Shown: one piece after another, positions 44,722 through 56,282 of the stretch
Position numbering within the stretch: position 1 is the first letter of the stretch
Layout of the letters: each line of letters starts with the position of its first letter
DNA from: Elsinoe ampelina
Taxonomy: Eukaryota
Length of the DNA: 64,000 nt
Direction: 5' to 3'
Assembly (NCBI GenBank): GCA_010093995.1
Contig: ML992504.1
Location: forward strand, 558,001 to 622,000
The notes under the pieces: generated by a model
Told to the model about the DNA's origin: nothing
Databases searched by the model: none
What the model saw: the letters and a program-made list of their open reading frames with translations, nothing else
Made by a program: the position numbers and the translations under genes

Positions 44722-47394
44722 ATGACGGCACGGACCGAAGTCCTCGAAAAGGCCAATTCTCAGACTTCTGCTCCCTCGAGTCAAATTACAAAAGCACAAA
44801 GTCTGTCGCCGCCTAACGCACGCCACAATCCGCCAAGAGTCACGAGATCAACATCAAATCAGTCTTCGCAAGACAGCAATGAATCTAATCCGATCGAGAA
44901 GATCCCGACGGTTCGAGCCACATGGACTGGAAAGATTCTGTTGATTACTGGCTTGAGTGCTGACCAATTTCCTGTCGGTCCACCTTCGACTCACGTGAAG
45001 TTGAATGGCAACGGCGTATCGAGAAAAGGTGCGAGAGGCAATAATGCCAGATCGTCTGCACCATCTAGGAACCTCTCACCGGCAAAGGGACTCCGGACAT
45101 CGCTGAAACGTAAACGCTCTGGCACCAATGCTTCGGTGAATGGAGTCTACGGGGATTCTCAGGCGCCCAGCGACGAGTCAAGAAGAGCTTCGCAAGCTAA
45201 TTCGCTGGAAGGAGAAGATGAAGATCAAGATGATTCGCCCGAGGCCGAAGAGGGAAATGGTGACGCTGCAGACGGCCACGAAGAAGCTCAAGCTGGTTCC
45301 GGGAGTGGCAATCTCGACAAAGCACAACAGCCAGCCAAGCCAAAGAGACGGCGGCGTGGACAACGATTGCTCGAACAAGCTGTAGAAGTTGCCAGAGCGC
45401 CTTCACCGCAATTGCCACTTGTGCCGGAAGAAGACGACAAGCTCGAAGCAATCGACCTGCCAGCGGCGTTTCTGTCGCACTCGCCTACACCGGACCCAGA
45501 TGACCCAGATGATGTCGCCACCAAACTTTACAAGCAGATATACGAACCATTGACAAAGGCCGAGGCATTTGTGACTGCCTTGTCCAAGATCAATCCTGCT
45601 CAACGACGGACAGAGAATCTGATCGAGCTTGCTGCGAATACTGCTGCTGTATTACGGATTTGGCAGGACGAATATCTCGAAATCGATCGCTTGACAGCGC
45701 CGCATGCGCCGATCCCGAGAAAGCCGGCGACCGGTAATCGACAGCTCATCGACTCTTACCTGTTCGAAGATCAAAAAGAAGCCGATATCTATGATTACAT
45801 CCTGGATATGAAGAAGATTGGCCATCAAAACCCCATCGCTCAGAAAATTGTCCGGGATGCTTCTGGTCGTGAGCTGCGGATGAGAGGGCCAAAGACCAGA
45901 GTGACCGCCGACCATCAGCTATTGAATGCTGCAAACATCAGCGAAGACGATATTGGTCGACGTCATCGAGCCCGCAAGCCTGTCAGTAAGTATGACGGGA
46001 TTGTGCCAGAAGAGCAGCGACAGCGGAGGAAGAGAGGTATTGGTCAAGTCTCGGAGTCTGTCGAAGGCGAAGGTGCAGTCAAGCGAGGGAGGTGGACAAA
46101 CGGTAGGGGTGGTCGAGGTCGTAGCCGAGGCGGACGTGGCGGTGCCAGTCGGCTGCTTGATAAGCGTATTCGAGAGATGCGTGAAGAGAGCGTCGGGACT
46201 GCCGTTTCCTACGGCGACGATGACTCGGGATCTGATGTTGGAGCACTTGACCCATACTCCAGAGATGGCTCACTAGCCCCCAGCCAGGATGGACAAGATG
46301 ACTACGATGGAGATGATGTCTTTGGACCTGATGGCGAGCGGAGGAAAGGTCGGCCAAAGGGGAGTAAGAATCTCCATTTCCGATCTGACAAGGGCATTCC
46401 TAAAGGACCCCGTCCGCCGAAGACAAGCACTGGTACTCCAGAATCAAATGCTGGTTCGCCAGCTCTGGTCAACGCACAGCCTGTGCAGACCAGTGCTCAT
46501 TCTGTGAACGCGAAACCTCTGCGACCTGGTCAGAAGCCACCGAAATCGGAGAAGCGCAGTGAGAGCATGACTATTTGGTGGGCCAAGCGGAAAGCAGCTG
46601 CAGCAGAAGCACGACGGAAAGAGGCCGAAGCTGCTGGTCTTCCGCCTCCCGTGGAGAAGCCGAGATCGAGGGCACCAAAGACCTCAGCAACAGACAAGGC
46701 TCAAGCAGCTACCAAATCTGCCACACAAGCTGCTCCTCGACGACCGTCGGCAGGCTCACCTCACACACAGCAACCGCCACCAGCGACCACATCGTACACT
46801 CTCCCACCGCGCTACTCGAATGGTCCATCTCCTCCGAACCCACATGTACCACTTGGACCACTGCCGCCGCACTCTCAACCTATGACTACACATCACCCTG
46901 GCTACTCTCAACCACCATCATACCCGCCACCAATGTCAGCACCGCTCTACCATTCTCAGGGTCCCCTCCCACCATCCATTCTCGCAGATCCTCGGAGAGG
47001 TACAGCTGGATCTCCACCTGTCAACCATGATCGCCTTCCATCTCTACATGACATCCAAGTCGGCCGCGGTAGCATCTTCCGCGACCCTATGCAGCGTGAC
47101 CCGCGCGATCCGCGAGATCACTTCGCATCTGCTCGAGACCGATTTGATCCCACCAGGCCATACGACAGACGAGACGTCCCGCCGCCTCAGCACGGCTTTC
47201 CTCCGCGACCAGGTCCGCCACCGCATCCGACTCATGGACAATTCCAACAAGCACTGCATGGGGTCCCGCCACCTCCGCCGCCAACTTTTCTGGGCTATCC
47301 ACCTCCACCGCCAGGAATGCAGCAGGATCCGAGGTACAGGCAGCTAGGGCAGCAAGGACCGCCAAGGGATGGGCGAGATGGTAGGCGGTATTGA
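44722..47394 (+). CDS. Hypothetical nuclear protein with an AT-hook-like motif and a Pro-rich tail, 890 aa
   Basis: Long ORF with RKGRPKGSKN, RGG repeats and several basic NLS-like clusters (KPKRRRRG, LKRKRS). Confidence 0.7.
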   Translation: MTARTEVLEKANSQTSAPSSQITKAQSLSPPNARHNPPRVTRSTSNQSSQDSNESNPIEKIPTVRATWTGKILLITGLSADQFPVGPPSTHVKLNGNGVSRKGARGNNARSSAPSRNLSPAKGLRTSLKRKRSGTNASVNGVYGDSQAPSDESRRASQANSLEGEDEDQDDSPEAEEGNGDAADGHEEAQAGSGSGNLDKAQQPAKPKRRRRGQRLLEQAVEVARAPSPQLPLVPEEDDKLEAIDLPAAFLSHSPTPDPDDPDDVATKLYKQIYEPLTKAEAFVTALSKINPAQRRTENLIELAANTAAVLRIWQDEYLEIDRLTAPHAPIPRKPATGNRQLIDSYLFEDQKEADIYDYILDMKKIGHQNPIAQKIVRDASGRELRMRGPKTRVTADHQLLNAANISEDDIGRRHRARKPVSKYDGIVPEEQRQRRKRGIGQVSESVEGEGAVKRGRWTNGRGGRGRSRGGRGGASRLLDKRIREMREESVGTAVSYGDDDSGSDVGALDPYSRDGSLAPSQDGQDDYDGDDVFGPDGERRKGRPKGSKNLHFRSDKGIPKGPRPPKTSTGTPESNAGSPALVNAQPVQTSAHSVNAKPLRPGQKPPKSEKRSESMTIWWAKRKAAAAEARRKEAEAAGLPPPVEKPRSRAPKTSATDKAQAATKSATQAAPRRPSAGSPHTQQPPPATTSYTLPPRYSNGPSPPNPHVPLGPLPPHSQPMTTHHPGYSQPPSYPPPMSAPLYHSQGPLPPSILADPRRGTAGSPPVNHDRLPSLHDIQVGRGSIFRDPMQRDPRDPRDHFASARDRFDPTRPYDRRDVPPPQHGFPPRPGPPPHPTHGQFQQALHGVPPPPPPTFLGYPPPPPGMQQDPRYRQLGQQGPPRDGRDGRRY

Positions 47395-47776
47395 AGTGAA
47401 GATATCTAGGGACGAGTGACATATCGTGATGTTGGCCACTATGAGATAGAACTTGGTGGAGACCAGGTCGAATCAGAGAGATATTGCTACCAATTGGCTT
47501 GCCCGTGTTATGACCTGCGTTCGACCCTGCCAAATCCCCTATACGATTGATCATTTACCTGGCCTTCAAGCTGCTCTCACAGCCAGGTGTGTTATGACCA
47601 GCTTTTACAAGTACTTAAAAATGACGCCGTCCCGCCCCGCCCGCTCGTCTAGGCACCCTTTCAAACAGCATACGTTATGATCACGTGTCATAAAATTTGC
47701 CCACCAGGCACGATCACTACGCACCAAAACGTCCACGCTTCAATTCGTCCTCAACAGTACCCATGTCTAGCTCCCA

Positions 47777-49492
47777 CTACAACGTATACCTAAACGTCAC
47801 CGCCTTATCCCCCGCATCACTCAACTCTTCCGGCGTATACCTCAAATGCTCGCCCCTCCCCACCGCCTCCTCCCTTTCCCTGTTGACCACCCTATAATAC
47901 CCCTGCAACCCCACCAACGCCACGATCCCCGCCGAGATAAACCCAACCTCCAACCCGTGCCCCAGCCTATACCTTGGCGAATCCCGCTCGCGATAGAAAT
48001 TACTCGCCATGTGCCCCGGCCAGATTCCCCACGGAAATCTGGATCCCCATCCCGACCGCCCGCTTGTAGCTCCCCGCCAGATTATTGCTCAGCCACGTGA
48101 TGTTGCTCGGTTGGCACTGGTAGAGTGCGGACCCGGCGATGAAGATCCCGGCGTAGGTCACGCCTGGGCTGGAGGTGGAGATGCACATTGCGAAGCCGAT
48201 GAGTTGGAAGACGAGGCCGGCGAGGATGAAGGGGGAGCGGAGGCGTTTGCGGTCGGCGAGGAGGGCGACGATGATGGTGATGATGGAGGCGGTGATGTAG
48301 ATGGGGACGGTGAGGAGTTGGGCTGTGGTGGTGCGGTGGCCGAGTTCGCGGATGATGGTGGGGAGGAAGAGGGAGATGCCGTAGAGGGGGCAAACGTACC
48401 CCCAGTAGACGATGATATTTAAAAAGATCTGCGGGTCTGAGAAGGCCTGGCGGACGTAGTGCCAACCGAATTTGTTGGATTGCACGACGCGGTGATGGGA
48501 GTCGGTCTTGACGTCTTGTCCATCGAAGTTCAGGCGGTGGACGATGAAGATACGTTCTTCGATGGTGAGGAAGGGAGCAGTCTGTGGGTAGTCGTAGAGG
48601 GTGTAGAATGCTATGAATGCGACTAGGACGGTGGCAATACCCTCGAGGATGAAGATCCAGCGCCAACCTTCGAGGTTGCCGACCCCATCCATAAAGGAGA
48701 TTCCGTAGGCGAGGAGGCCAGAAAAGGCGCCAGCTATGGATGCTGCGGAGAAGAAGAGAGCTTGTCGGGTCTGGACTTCGAAGCGGCAGTACCTAGAATA
48801 TGTGAGCAGATATTGCTCGCGGTAAGGTGAGCAAATTTACGTACCACATTGTAAGGAAGTACGCTACTCCTGGAAACAGCCTGACAGAGGTCAGCACAGA
48901 GAAGGGATGGAAGGGAAGGGAAAGCGAACCCAGCTTCAGCGATACCAAGGAAGATTCTAGCAATGAGGAGACCAGTATAGTTCCGTACAATCCCCATAAG
49001 TGTCATGACTGTACCCCAAGCAACCATGATGGAAGCCAGGTAGATTGACGGCCGGAATTTCTTGAGCAGCATGTTGCTGGGCACTTCGAAGGCGCAGTAG
49101 GTGAAGAAGAAGGCCGTCAAGCACCAATTGTACTGCGATCCAGTCATACGCAAGTCTTCTTGTAGTCCCTCGATCTTTGCATTGCCGATGTTGCCTCTGT
49201 CGAGGAAGGACAAGAGGTAGAGAAGGGCCAGCATGGGTATCAGTCGAAGATCTATCTTGCGCAGGATCTTCTGGAGATCCAGATGAGCAAAGGTCTCGAG
49301 AGAGACATGAGGGTCGTTGGCAATCTCATCCACAAGACGAATGACATCTGCACGAGAGAGATGCTTGTCATTGAGACCTAGATACTCGATACGCTCGTGA
49401 AGCGCAAATGATCGTTCCGGCGAAGGAGATTCTTTCGAGGCTTCCGATTGCTCTACTGAGGACTTCTCGGATGGTACTGTGTCTATAGCCAT
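47777..49492 (-). CDS. MFS transporter of the anion:cation symporter (Tna1/Dal5) family; carries an apparent +1 frameshift near 48011
   Basis: KIDLRLIP..LYLLSFLDRGNIGNAKIEG, FEVPSN, LEGWRWIFILEG and WLSNNLAGSYKRA. Introns 48881-48929 and 48793-48844. Confidence 0.88.
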
Positions 49493-50102
49493 CTCTGCTA
49501 GTGTGTATTGCAGAATTCAAGAGATGAAGCAGAACAACATGATGAGAATGAAGCAGAGCATGACACGGATACGAAACTGGATACATACCTGGTTCTTCGA
49601 TCTGTTTTGTACGTTCAGATCTCACCCCGGAATACCTCCCACATCATCTCGCCGCACTTCTCCATCCCCCACACTTAACACATCGTCTCAAGCCGCCGAC
49701 ATCGACACTCACTAAGCTCTCCACATCCTTACCCAGGCCAGAGGGCTTCCCGTGTCCAGCCAAACGAGCAGATCCTCCGCTATCAAGCTCCACAAGCACC
49801 TGTTCCCCGCAGCGACAAGTGTCCTTCCCGCTCCTTTGCCCAGCATCAAGCAACTCTTGGTATGCTGGGCGCACGACGCAATGACAGCTTCTCCTCCAGC
49901 ACGAGCGGGGACGACGAAGGACGTCAAGCTGCATGTCCAACGTCGGGCTTCGCTCGGCCTTTGATCTGCCAAGACACTTCGGCCGACTTGCCCCTTTTGC
50001 CGACCCTACGAAAATACCCTGCAACTCCACTGTATACCCAGCTCTATCACGTGCCCACCATCTTACCTCCCTCGACCTCTCCGCGCAGACTGCGGGTCCG
50101 TA

Positions 50103-51563
50103 ATGGCCCTCCTACCTCTGCTCCTACGCATCTGGAAACTTCTCTTCCTCCTCTCCCTCCTCAGCACAACCTACGTCTACCTCTATCCCCTTTTCCGCGG
50201 CTGCAACTTCCAGCTCTCCAAAGAAGGGGAAGTCGCATCCTTTCGCCTCCTCGCATTCGGCGATCCCCAATTAGAAGGGGACAGTAGCCTTCCCTCGTCC
50301 ACCACAAGCAAGAGCACGGGATCACAAGGATGGGCTAGATACAAATCCATAATCCCGGGCAAAGAGCTAGGAACACAAATCCTGGATCACCTCCACGTCT
50401 ACAGAAAACGCCTCGACCTCTGGGGCAACGACCGCTACCTCGCCCACATCTACCGTACGACCCGCTGGTTCACCTCGCCCACCCACACCGTCGTCCTGGG
50501 CGACCTCCTCGGCAGCCAATGGATGTCCGACGCCGAATTCGAGACCCGCGCCCAACGCTTCTGGAACACCACCTTCTCCGGCGCACAACCAGTCCCTGAA
50601 CCCCTCTTCGACTACGAAGACATAGCCCACGAACATTCCGTCCAATGGCCCTCCACCCTCATCACGGTCGCGGGCAACCACGACATAGGCTACGCAGGCG
50701 ACCTCGACTCCAACACCGCGACCCGCTTCGAGAAGCGTTTCGGACGCCTGAACTGGGACATCACATTCGGCCTCGAAAACGGTCATCTGCGCACCCTCAC
50801 ACGGAACCAGGCTGCCTACGCCGAGGGGCCGCGGCTGAAGCTCGTGGTGCTGAACACGATGAACCTCGACTCCCCGGCACTGGATAAAGAGCTACAAGGG
50901 GACACGCGACGGTTCCTCAACGGCCACGTGGGGAACGCAATGGGGCAGACATACCTCGACGCGACGGTAGTGCTCACCCACATCCCTTTGTACAAGAAAG
51001 AAGGCATCTGCGCCGACGGGCCATTGTTCACGCATTACTCGGCGCAGGACGGCGGGGGCATACGCGAGCAGAATCACCTGACGGAACAGTCGAGCAGGGA
51101 GGTTTTGGACGGCTTGTTCTATTACCAGAATACCTGGGCGCGATCGGGCATCGTGCTCAACGGACATGACCACGAGGGGTGCGATGTCGTGCATACTCGC
51201 AACCTGAGGAATGCGCTGCCCCAGGGGAATGTCTCCAGGATCGGGGAGTGGACTTCCTTGCCTCATGAGCTGGTGCACGAGGGCGGCGTGAGTAGGGACG
51301 AAAGTGTACGGGAGGTGACGCTACGCAGCATGATGGGGGCGTACGGAGGTAATGCCGGGTTGGTGAGCGGGTGGTTCGACCGGAACGATCGCCGGTGGCG
51401 GTTCGAGTACAGGTCTTGCATGTTTGGCGTTCAGCATATCTGGTGGGCGGTGCATATTTTGGATCTGGTGACGGGATTGGTTGGGATGGTGGTAATACCC
51501 TTGTCGTTCCGGGCGGCATCGAAACATGGCAGTGCGGTCGGTAGAACGAAGAAGAATCAATAG
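50103..51563 (+). CDS. TED1: Metallophosphoesterase, Ted1/PGAP5-type GPI-remodelling enzyme
   Basis: N-terminal TM segment; FGDPQLEGD, LDLWGNDRYLAHIY, LGDL, GNHDIGY, THIPL, NGHDH; C-terminal GVQHIWW followed by a TM segment. Confidence 0.85.
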   Translation: MALLPLLLRIWKLLFLLSLLSTTYVYLYPLFRGCNFQLSKEGEVASFRLLAFGDPQLEGDSSLPSSTTSKSTGSQGWARYKSIIPGKELGTQILDHLHVYRKRLDLWGNDRYLAHIYRTTRWFTSPTHTVVLGDLLGSQWMSDAEFETRAQRFWNTTFSGAQPVPEPLFDYEDIAHEHSVQWPSTLITVAGNHDIGYAGDLDSNTATRFEKRFGRLNWDITFGLENGHLRTLTRNQAAYAEGPRLKLVVLNTMNLDSPALDKELQGDTRRFLNGHVGNAMGQTYLDATVVLTHIPLYKKEGICADGPLFTHYSAQDGGGIREQNHLTEQSSREVLDGLFYYQNTWARSGIVLNGHDHEGCDVVHTRNLRNALPQGNVSRIGEWTSLPHELVHEGGVSRDESVREVTLRSMMGAYGGNAGLVSGWFDRNDRRWRFEYRSCMFGVQHIWWAVHILDLVTGLVGMVVIPLSFRAASKHGSAVGRTKKNQ

Positions 51564-51573
51564 ATGAGGGCTG

Positions 51574-52345
51574 TCATGTTGATAGCTGTTTGACGCGGTC
51601 GATCTCTGGTCCGTCGGACGTGATGATGTGGACGTTGTTGCGGCGAAGCTCTTCTTCTGTCGCTGAGATGGCGTCTTGCTCGGTGTGCACGGGTCGGGAT
51701 GCGTCCTTGATGATGTATGTGGTGAAGCCTTCTTTGACAGCGTCGATGGCCGTGCATTTGACGCAGTAGTCGTAGGCTAATCCGACGGTGAAGACGTGAG
51801 TGACGCTTTTGTCATTTAGCAGTCTTGCTAGGTCGCTCACGGCTATGCGAGGGTTGGAGAAGGGGGCGCCAAAGGCCGAGTACATCTCGACGCGAGCGTC
51901 TTGGCCCTTTTCGATGATGTGGTCGCACTTGGTCACGTCCAGCTCGTCGACTAGGTTGCTGCCAGGAGTGCCTTGCACGCAGTGATCGGGCCAGAGCCGG
52001 GTCGTTTGAGTCTCGTGGGGATTCTCTGGGTTGTTGACCGTGAACATGGACTCGAAAGGCTTGTTGTTGGGTGGGCCGTGGTTGGATGCAAATGAAATGT
52101 GACTTTGAGGGTGAAAGTCTTTGGTGGCGACCTTGAGGACAAAAGGAAGGTCGAGTAGTGAATTGACAATGGGTGCGATATCCCTACCTCCTTGCACGGC
52201 TAAGGAGCCATTCTGACGGGGTGGGTCAGATCCTGGCGCGCTCTTGTATTTACTTATCCGTTCTTACCGGAGGACAAAAGTCATTCTGAAAGTCGACTAT
52301 GACCAGAGCAGGCTTGAAGACCTCACTGCTTTGCGTCGACGACAT
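51574..52345 (-). CDS. PNC1: Nicotinamidase/pyrazinamidase (isochorismatase family); 2 exons
   Basis: ALVIVDFQNDFCPP|NGSLAV, TKDFHP..HISFASNH, LWPDHCVQGTPG, EMYSAF and GLAYDYCVKCTA. Intron 52213-52267. Confidence 0.93.
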
Positions 52346-54115
52346 GGGTTACGGTCGTGCAGGTGAGTTGAGCCGGCAGAGTGTCTCGTACTGTTTTGCC
52401 TACCTCGAGTCAAGTTTCGATGACAAGTGTGTACTTGTCGTGATCGGCGTCCAGCGAACAAGGAACGTTGCCGGGGAGGATCGTTCGGAGGCGAGCTACA
52501 GCTGCATGTGTCGTCACTAGTCGGCTACCATGTAGATTGGATATACGAGATGTGCGGAGGAGGGGCGGGAAAGCCAAGAGATGGACGAATCCGGAGGGCC
52601 GGCAGTCGGCTACCTTTTCGACGGACTTTGGTCTATCGATGAACGGGACGAGTGTATACTTCCAAATGCCAAAGCACTAGCAACTACCATGTGATGCTCA
52701 AGCATTTGCAGACAGACGCGCGTCTTCCTGGCAATGTCGGAAATTTCGACGGGTCGATCAAGTTCATGAGCTGAGGATGAGCCTCATATGTGCCGATGTT
52801 CCTCCAATTGGACGCAGATGGTGCATGCATGAGCGGCGATTGGCTGACGATCTATTCGCGGTACTGACTCGAGGTCCTGCTAGACATGTTCCAAATGAAA
52901 TTTGCTGACGGTGGACCTCTATAGGGTTGATCATTAATTCATGTCTGGTCCTGAACAACCACGGCTTGTCCAAGAGATGCCATGTCCGTGGGACAAGCCG
53001 GACCAAGAGCGATGATTTGGAGATCTCATCGCGGGAACCCCCATGCACGCGGTGAGAACCAGGGAGGAACAAGTTGGAGACTCCGTGGGCGGAAAACCTA
53101 GCGCACAGAGCATCTCTGGACACTGCACTATTTCGGGCCCAACCCATGTCGGGTCCATCACGCATCACGAACAGTGCTCTTTTTAACCAACGAGGGCGGC
53201 TGTGAAGTGCGCTAGTCAGGTCACCCTTGCCGAGAAGATGAAGCAGATTGTCCTCGTTGGTCTTTGTCGCATGTCGCGAGCTGATACAGACAGACTGTGT
53301 TGACGTGAAATGAAGCAGCCGTTGTGTAGCCATATCAGATGAACGTTGGCAAACTCTGTTCGTGCCATGTGGGAATCGCATCTTTGGCTGTTGTGTCTCG
53401 GTAGAAGAGCTACGGCCAAAAAACGAAGAATACCTTGGACTCTTTTGACCCCCATCTGAACTCCCAGCCAATAATCACGCAACGCAACTCTTTCCGATCT
53501 GCTGGAGGGACAGAGAGAGCCCTGCCCGTGCGGTCTTGGACTTGTCTAGTGTCTCAGACTCGAAACTCTTCTGGTCAAATACCAACTCTACTCCCTCTCT
53601 GCGCGAACCTTTGATCCTCCATCCCACTACCGCAGTGAGGCAGGCCATTCCACGACTCCTCCCATCAACGACTTGCCGAAGCTCCCTTGTATTCTGATTG
53701 TATTCTTTTCAACCCATAATTCTTTCGGCATTGCACCCATTGCCATAACGACATTTGCTGGATCCACTACCGTCATTCGGTGCCAGAACGCAGGTCCACC
53801 CCTTTTGACAACCGTCCAAACTGTCACACCTCCATACTCAAACTCGCACCAAGCCGCAACTTTGCTTGCGACATCCACTCGCTTGTTCACTACCTGTACA
53901 CTACGAACGAAATATTAATCACATCCGACACAAGCACCAGGAAATAAATCCATCGTCTGCGACACACGTTCTCTTGGCTAAAAACCGCCAAGCTGGAGGG
54001 CGAGAAGACCCCCGTGTCGCGCAGCAGTCGAAGCGCGAGCGACGGTAGCGATTATCCAAGAGACGAACAATACCTGTTGGGAGGATACAGGAATGCTAGC
54101 GACGGCAGACCGACA

Positions 54116-56282
54116 ATGACCGACAGACTGAAGAATCTCAATCCTCTCAAACTCATACAGAATGGCTCGGCCTTCTACCAACGACTACCAGGAGACAGTC
54201 CCCCAAACGGATCACCCTTCAACCTCCAACACATCAAGAATTACCGCTGGCCGTCACCGCGGGGTACTGAACGCTTCCTACCGGCACGTTTTTCCCCTTC
54301 GCGATTGCTCTGGATTGTCATATCCGCTCTTGTCTTGCTCTTTCTGCTAATAGGAGGTTATGAACATCGCGCGGCAGAACAGCAGAAGGAGGCTGACAAT
54401 CAGCCAGAACCCTTCTTTTGGCAGTGGTATCCGAGGTTGGTCCATCTACCACCGATGTGATTTCGCTTAAGCTGACCCCTGCAGGTTAAATGGCTACTAC
54501 AATGGTATTCGGACGCTGGTCCCGGCGTCAGAGTATGTCCCGGAAAATGGCTACAACAAGTCCATGCCACTCGAATTACTACCCCCATCAGAGGCCAAGA
54601 AGCTGCCAAAGATGCCGCCTCTCAATCCTGTCCCATTCAACCCCTACCCCAAGTTTGAGTCGAAAGAATACCTGGCCAATCACTACAAGGTGGAAAAATG
54701 CTACATGGACGAGGATGAGAAGGTGCCGGCACCTGATGTCTATGTCTACCCTGGTCTGCCTCAGAACATGTCAATGCCATTCTTTGGCTCTTATGAAAAT
54801 TTGGGTCTCGAAGGCAATGTCTGCTTTGAAAGATTTGGCAGGTTTGGACCTTATGGCTATGGTTACACTATGGAGCAAGGTGGTCTCGGTCCTGGCAACA
54901 AATCTGAAAAGGTCGGCGCGGACAAGGTCTACTTCCAGACTGGCATTATCAACTACACCAACATTGATTGGGGCACTCTGCAGGACAACTGCTTTGAGAA
55001 GAATCGCGTTCGCTTCGAGGGGACGAACAATAAGCGACTTCAGACCACTAAGCGTCACGCCTATGTTCTGCGCATTTGGGAGGATTTCTACTTTAACGAG
55101 CACCAAATGTTCTCATTACGCGCCATGATCAACGAGCTTTCGCTCAAATCTGGAGGAGAGTACGATGTGCACTTCCTGCTTCATGTCAAGAACACCAGCA
55201 TCCCCATCTGGGCCGACAACGAGGTCTATGCTCAATTCGTCCGCGACAACATGCCGCAAGAATTCTGGAACATGACAACTTTGTGGTCCGAGGCTCAAAT
55301 GGCCAACTATTACCCAGATCCATTTGGCGAGTCTTTTGAGAATATTGCCGGCTCGAGCATCCATGGTGTTTACAGATCTGCTCACTTTGCTTTGCAATGG
55401 TTTGCCCAGCAACACCCTGACTATGACTTCTACTGGAATTGGGAGATGGATCTGAGATACACGGGTCACTACTACGAATTCAATACAAGACTTGGAGACT
55501 GGGCCAGGAAGCAGCCTCGGAAGGGTATGTGGGAGCGCAGCGAGCGTTACTACATCCCCGCAGTCCACGGCACTTGGGACAACTTTACCGACCTGGTTGA
55601 ACGCGAAACCAAAGAGAGTGGAAGGAAGCCCATCTGGGGCCCCGTCGCATTCGACAACAGTGGCATGATGGATCCACCCGCAGAGAACATTCCCAAGAAG
55701 ACATACGACGAGGACAAATACGAGTGGGGTGTCGGCGAAGATGCCGATTTCATCTCCTTCAACCCGATTTTCGATCCTGCAAAGACCAACTGGGTATTCC
55801 GAAATGACATTACTGGATACGACATTACCAAGGAGAAGCCACCCCGACGATGCGCCATCATCACTGTGGCCCGTCTGTCCAAGAAGCTCCTGCACATCAT
55901 GCATGAGGAGACATGGAAGATGAGGCATTCCATGTTCCCGGAGATGTGGCCACCTACGGTAGCTCTTCACCACGGACTGAAGGCAGTCTATGCACCACAT
56001 CCCGTGTACTTTGACCGGGATTGGGACCTTAACTACATGGACAACGTCTTCAACAAGCCCAAGGAGGAGTGGGAATCCCCCTTCGGTTGGGGTGAGCACA
56101 ACCAGCTCGGAAGTTCCTTCTACTACAACAGCGGCTTTAGTGGCGCCTTATGGAGACGATGGCTCGGCCAAGCAGAGAACAACGAGGGTGGCCGTAAGAG
56201 TGAAGAAGAGTCGTCAGGCCGCATGTGCCTACGCAGCTCGTTACACCATCCCATCAAGCATGAGCTCGGCCCAATGGACTGA
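54116..56282 (+). CDS. DUF3405-family type II membrane protein; 2 exons; start codon uncertain
   Basis: TM segment LLWIVISALVLLFLLIGG, then CFERFGRFGPYGYG, LRAMINELSLKSGGEYDV, FYWNWEMDLRYTGHYY and HHGLKAVYAPHPV. Intron 54436-54484. Confidence 0.8.
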
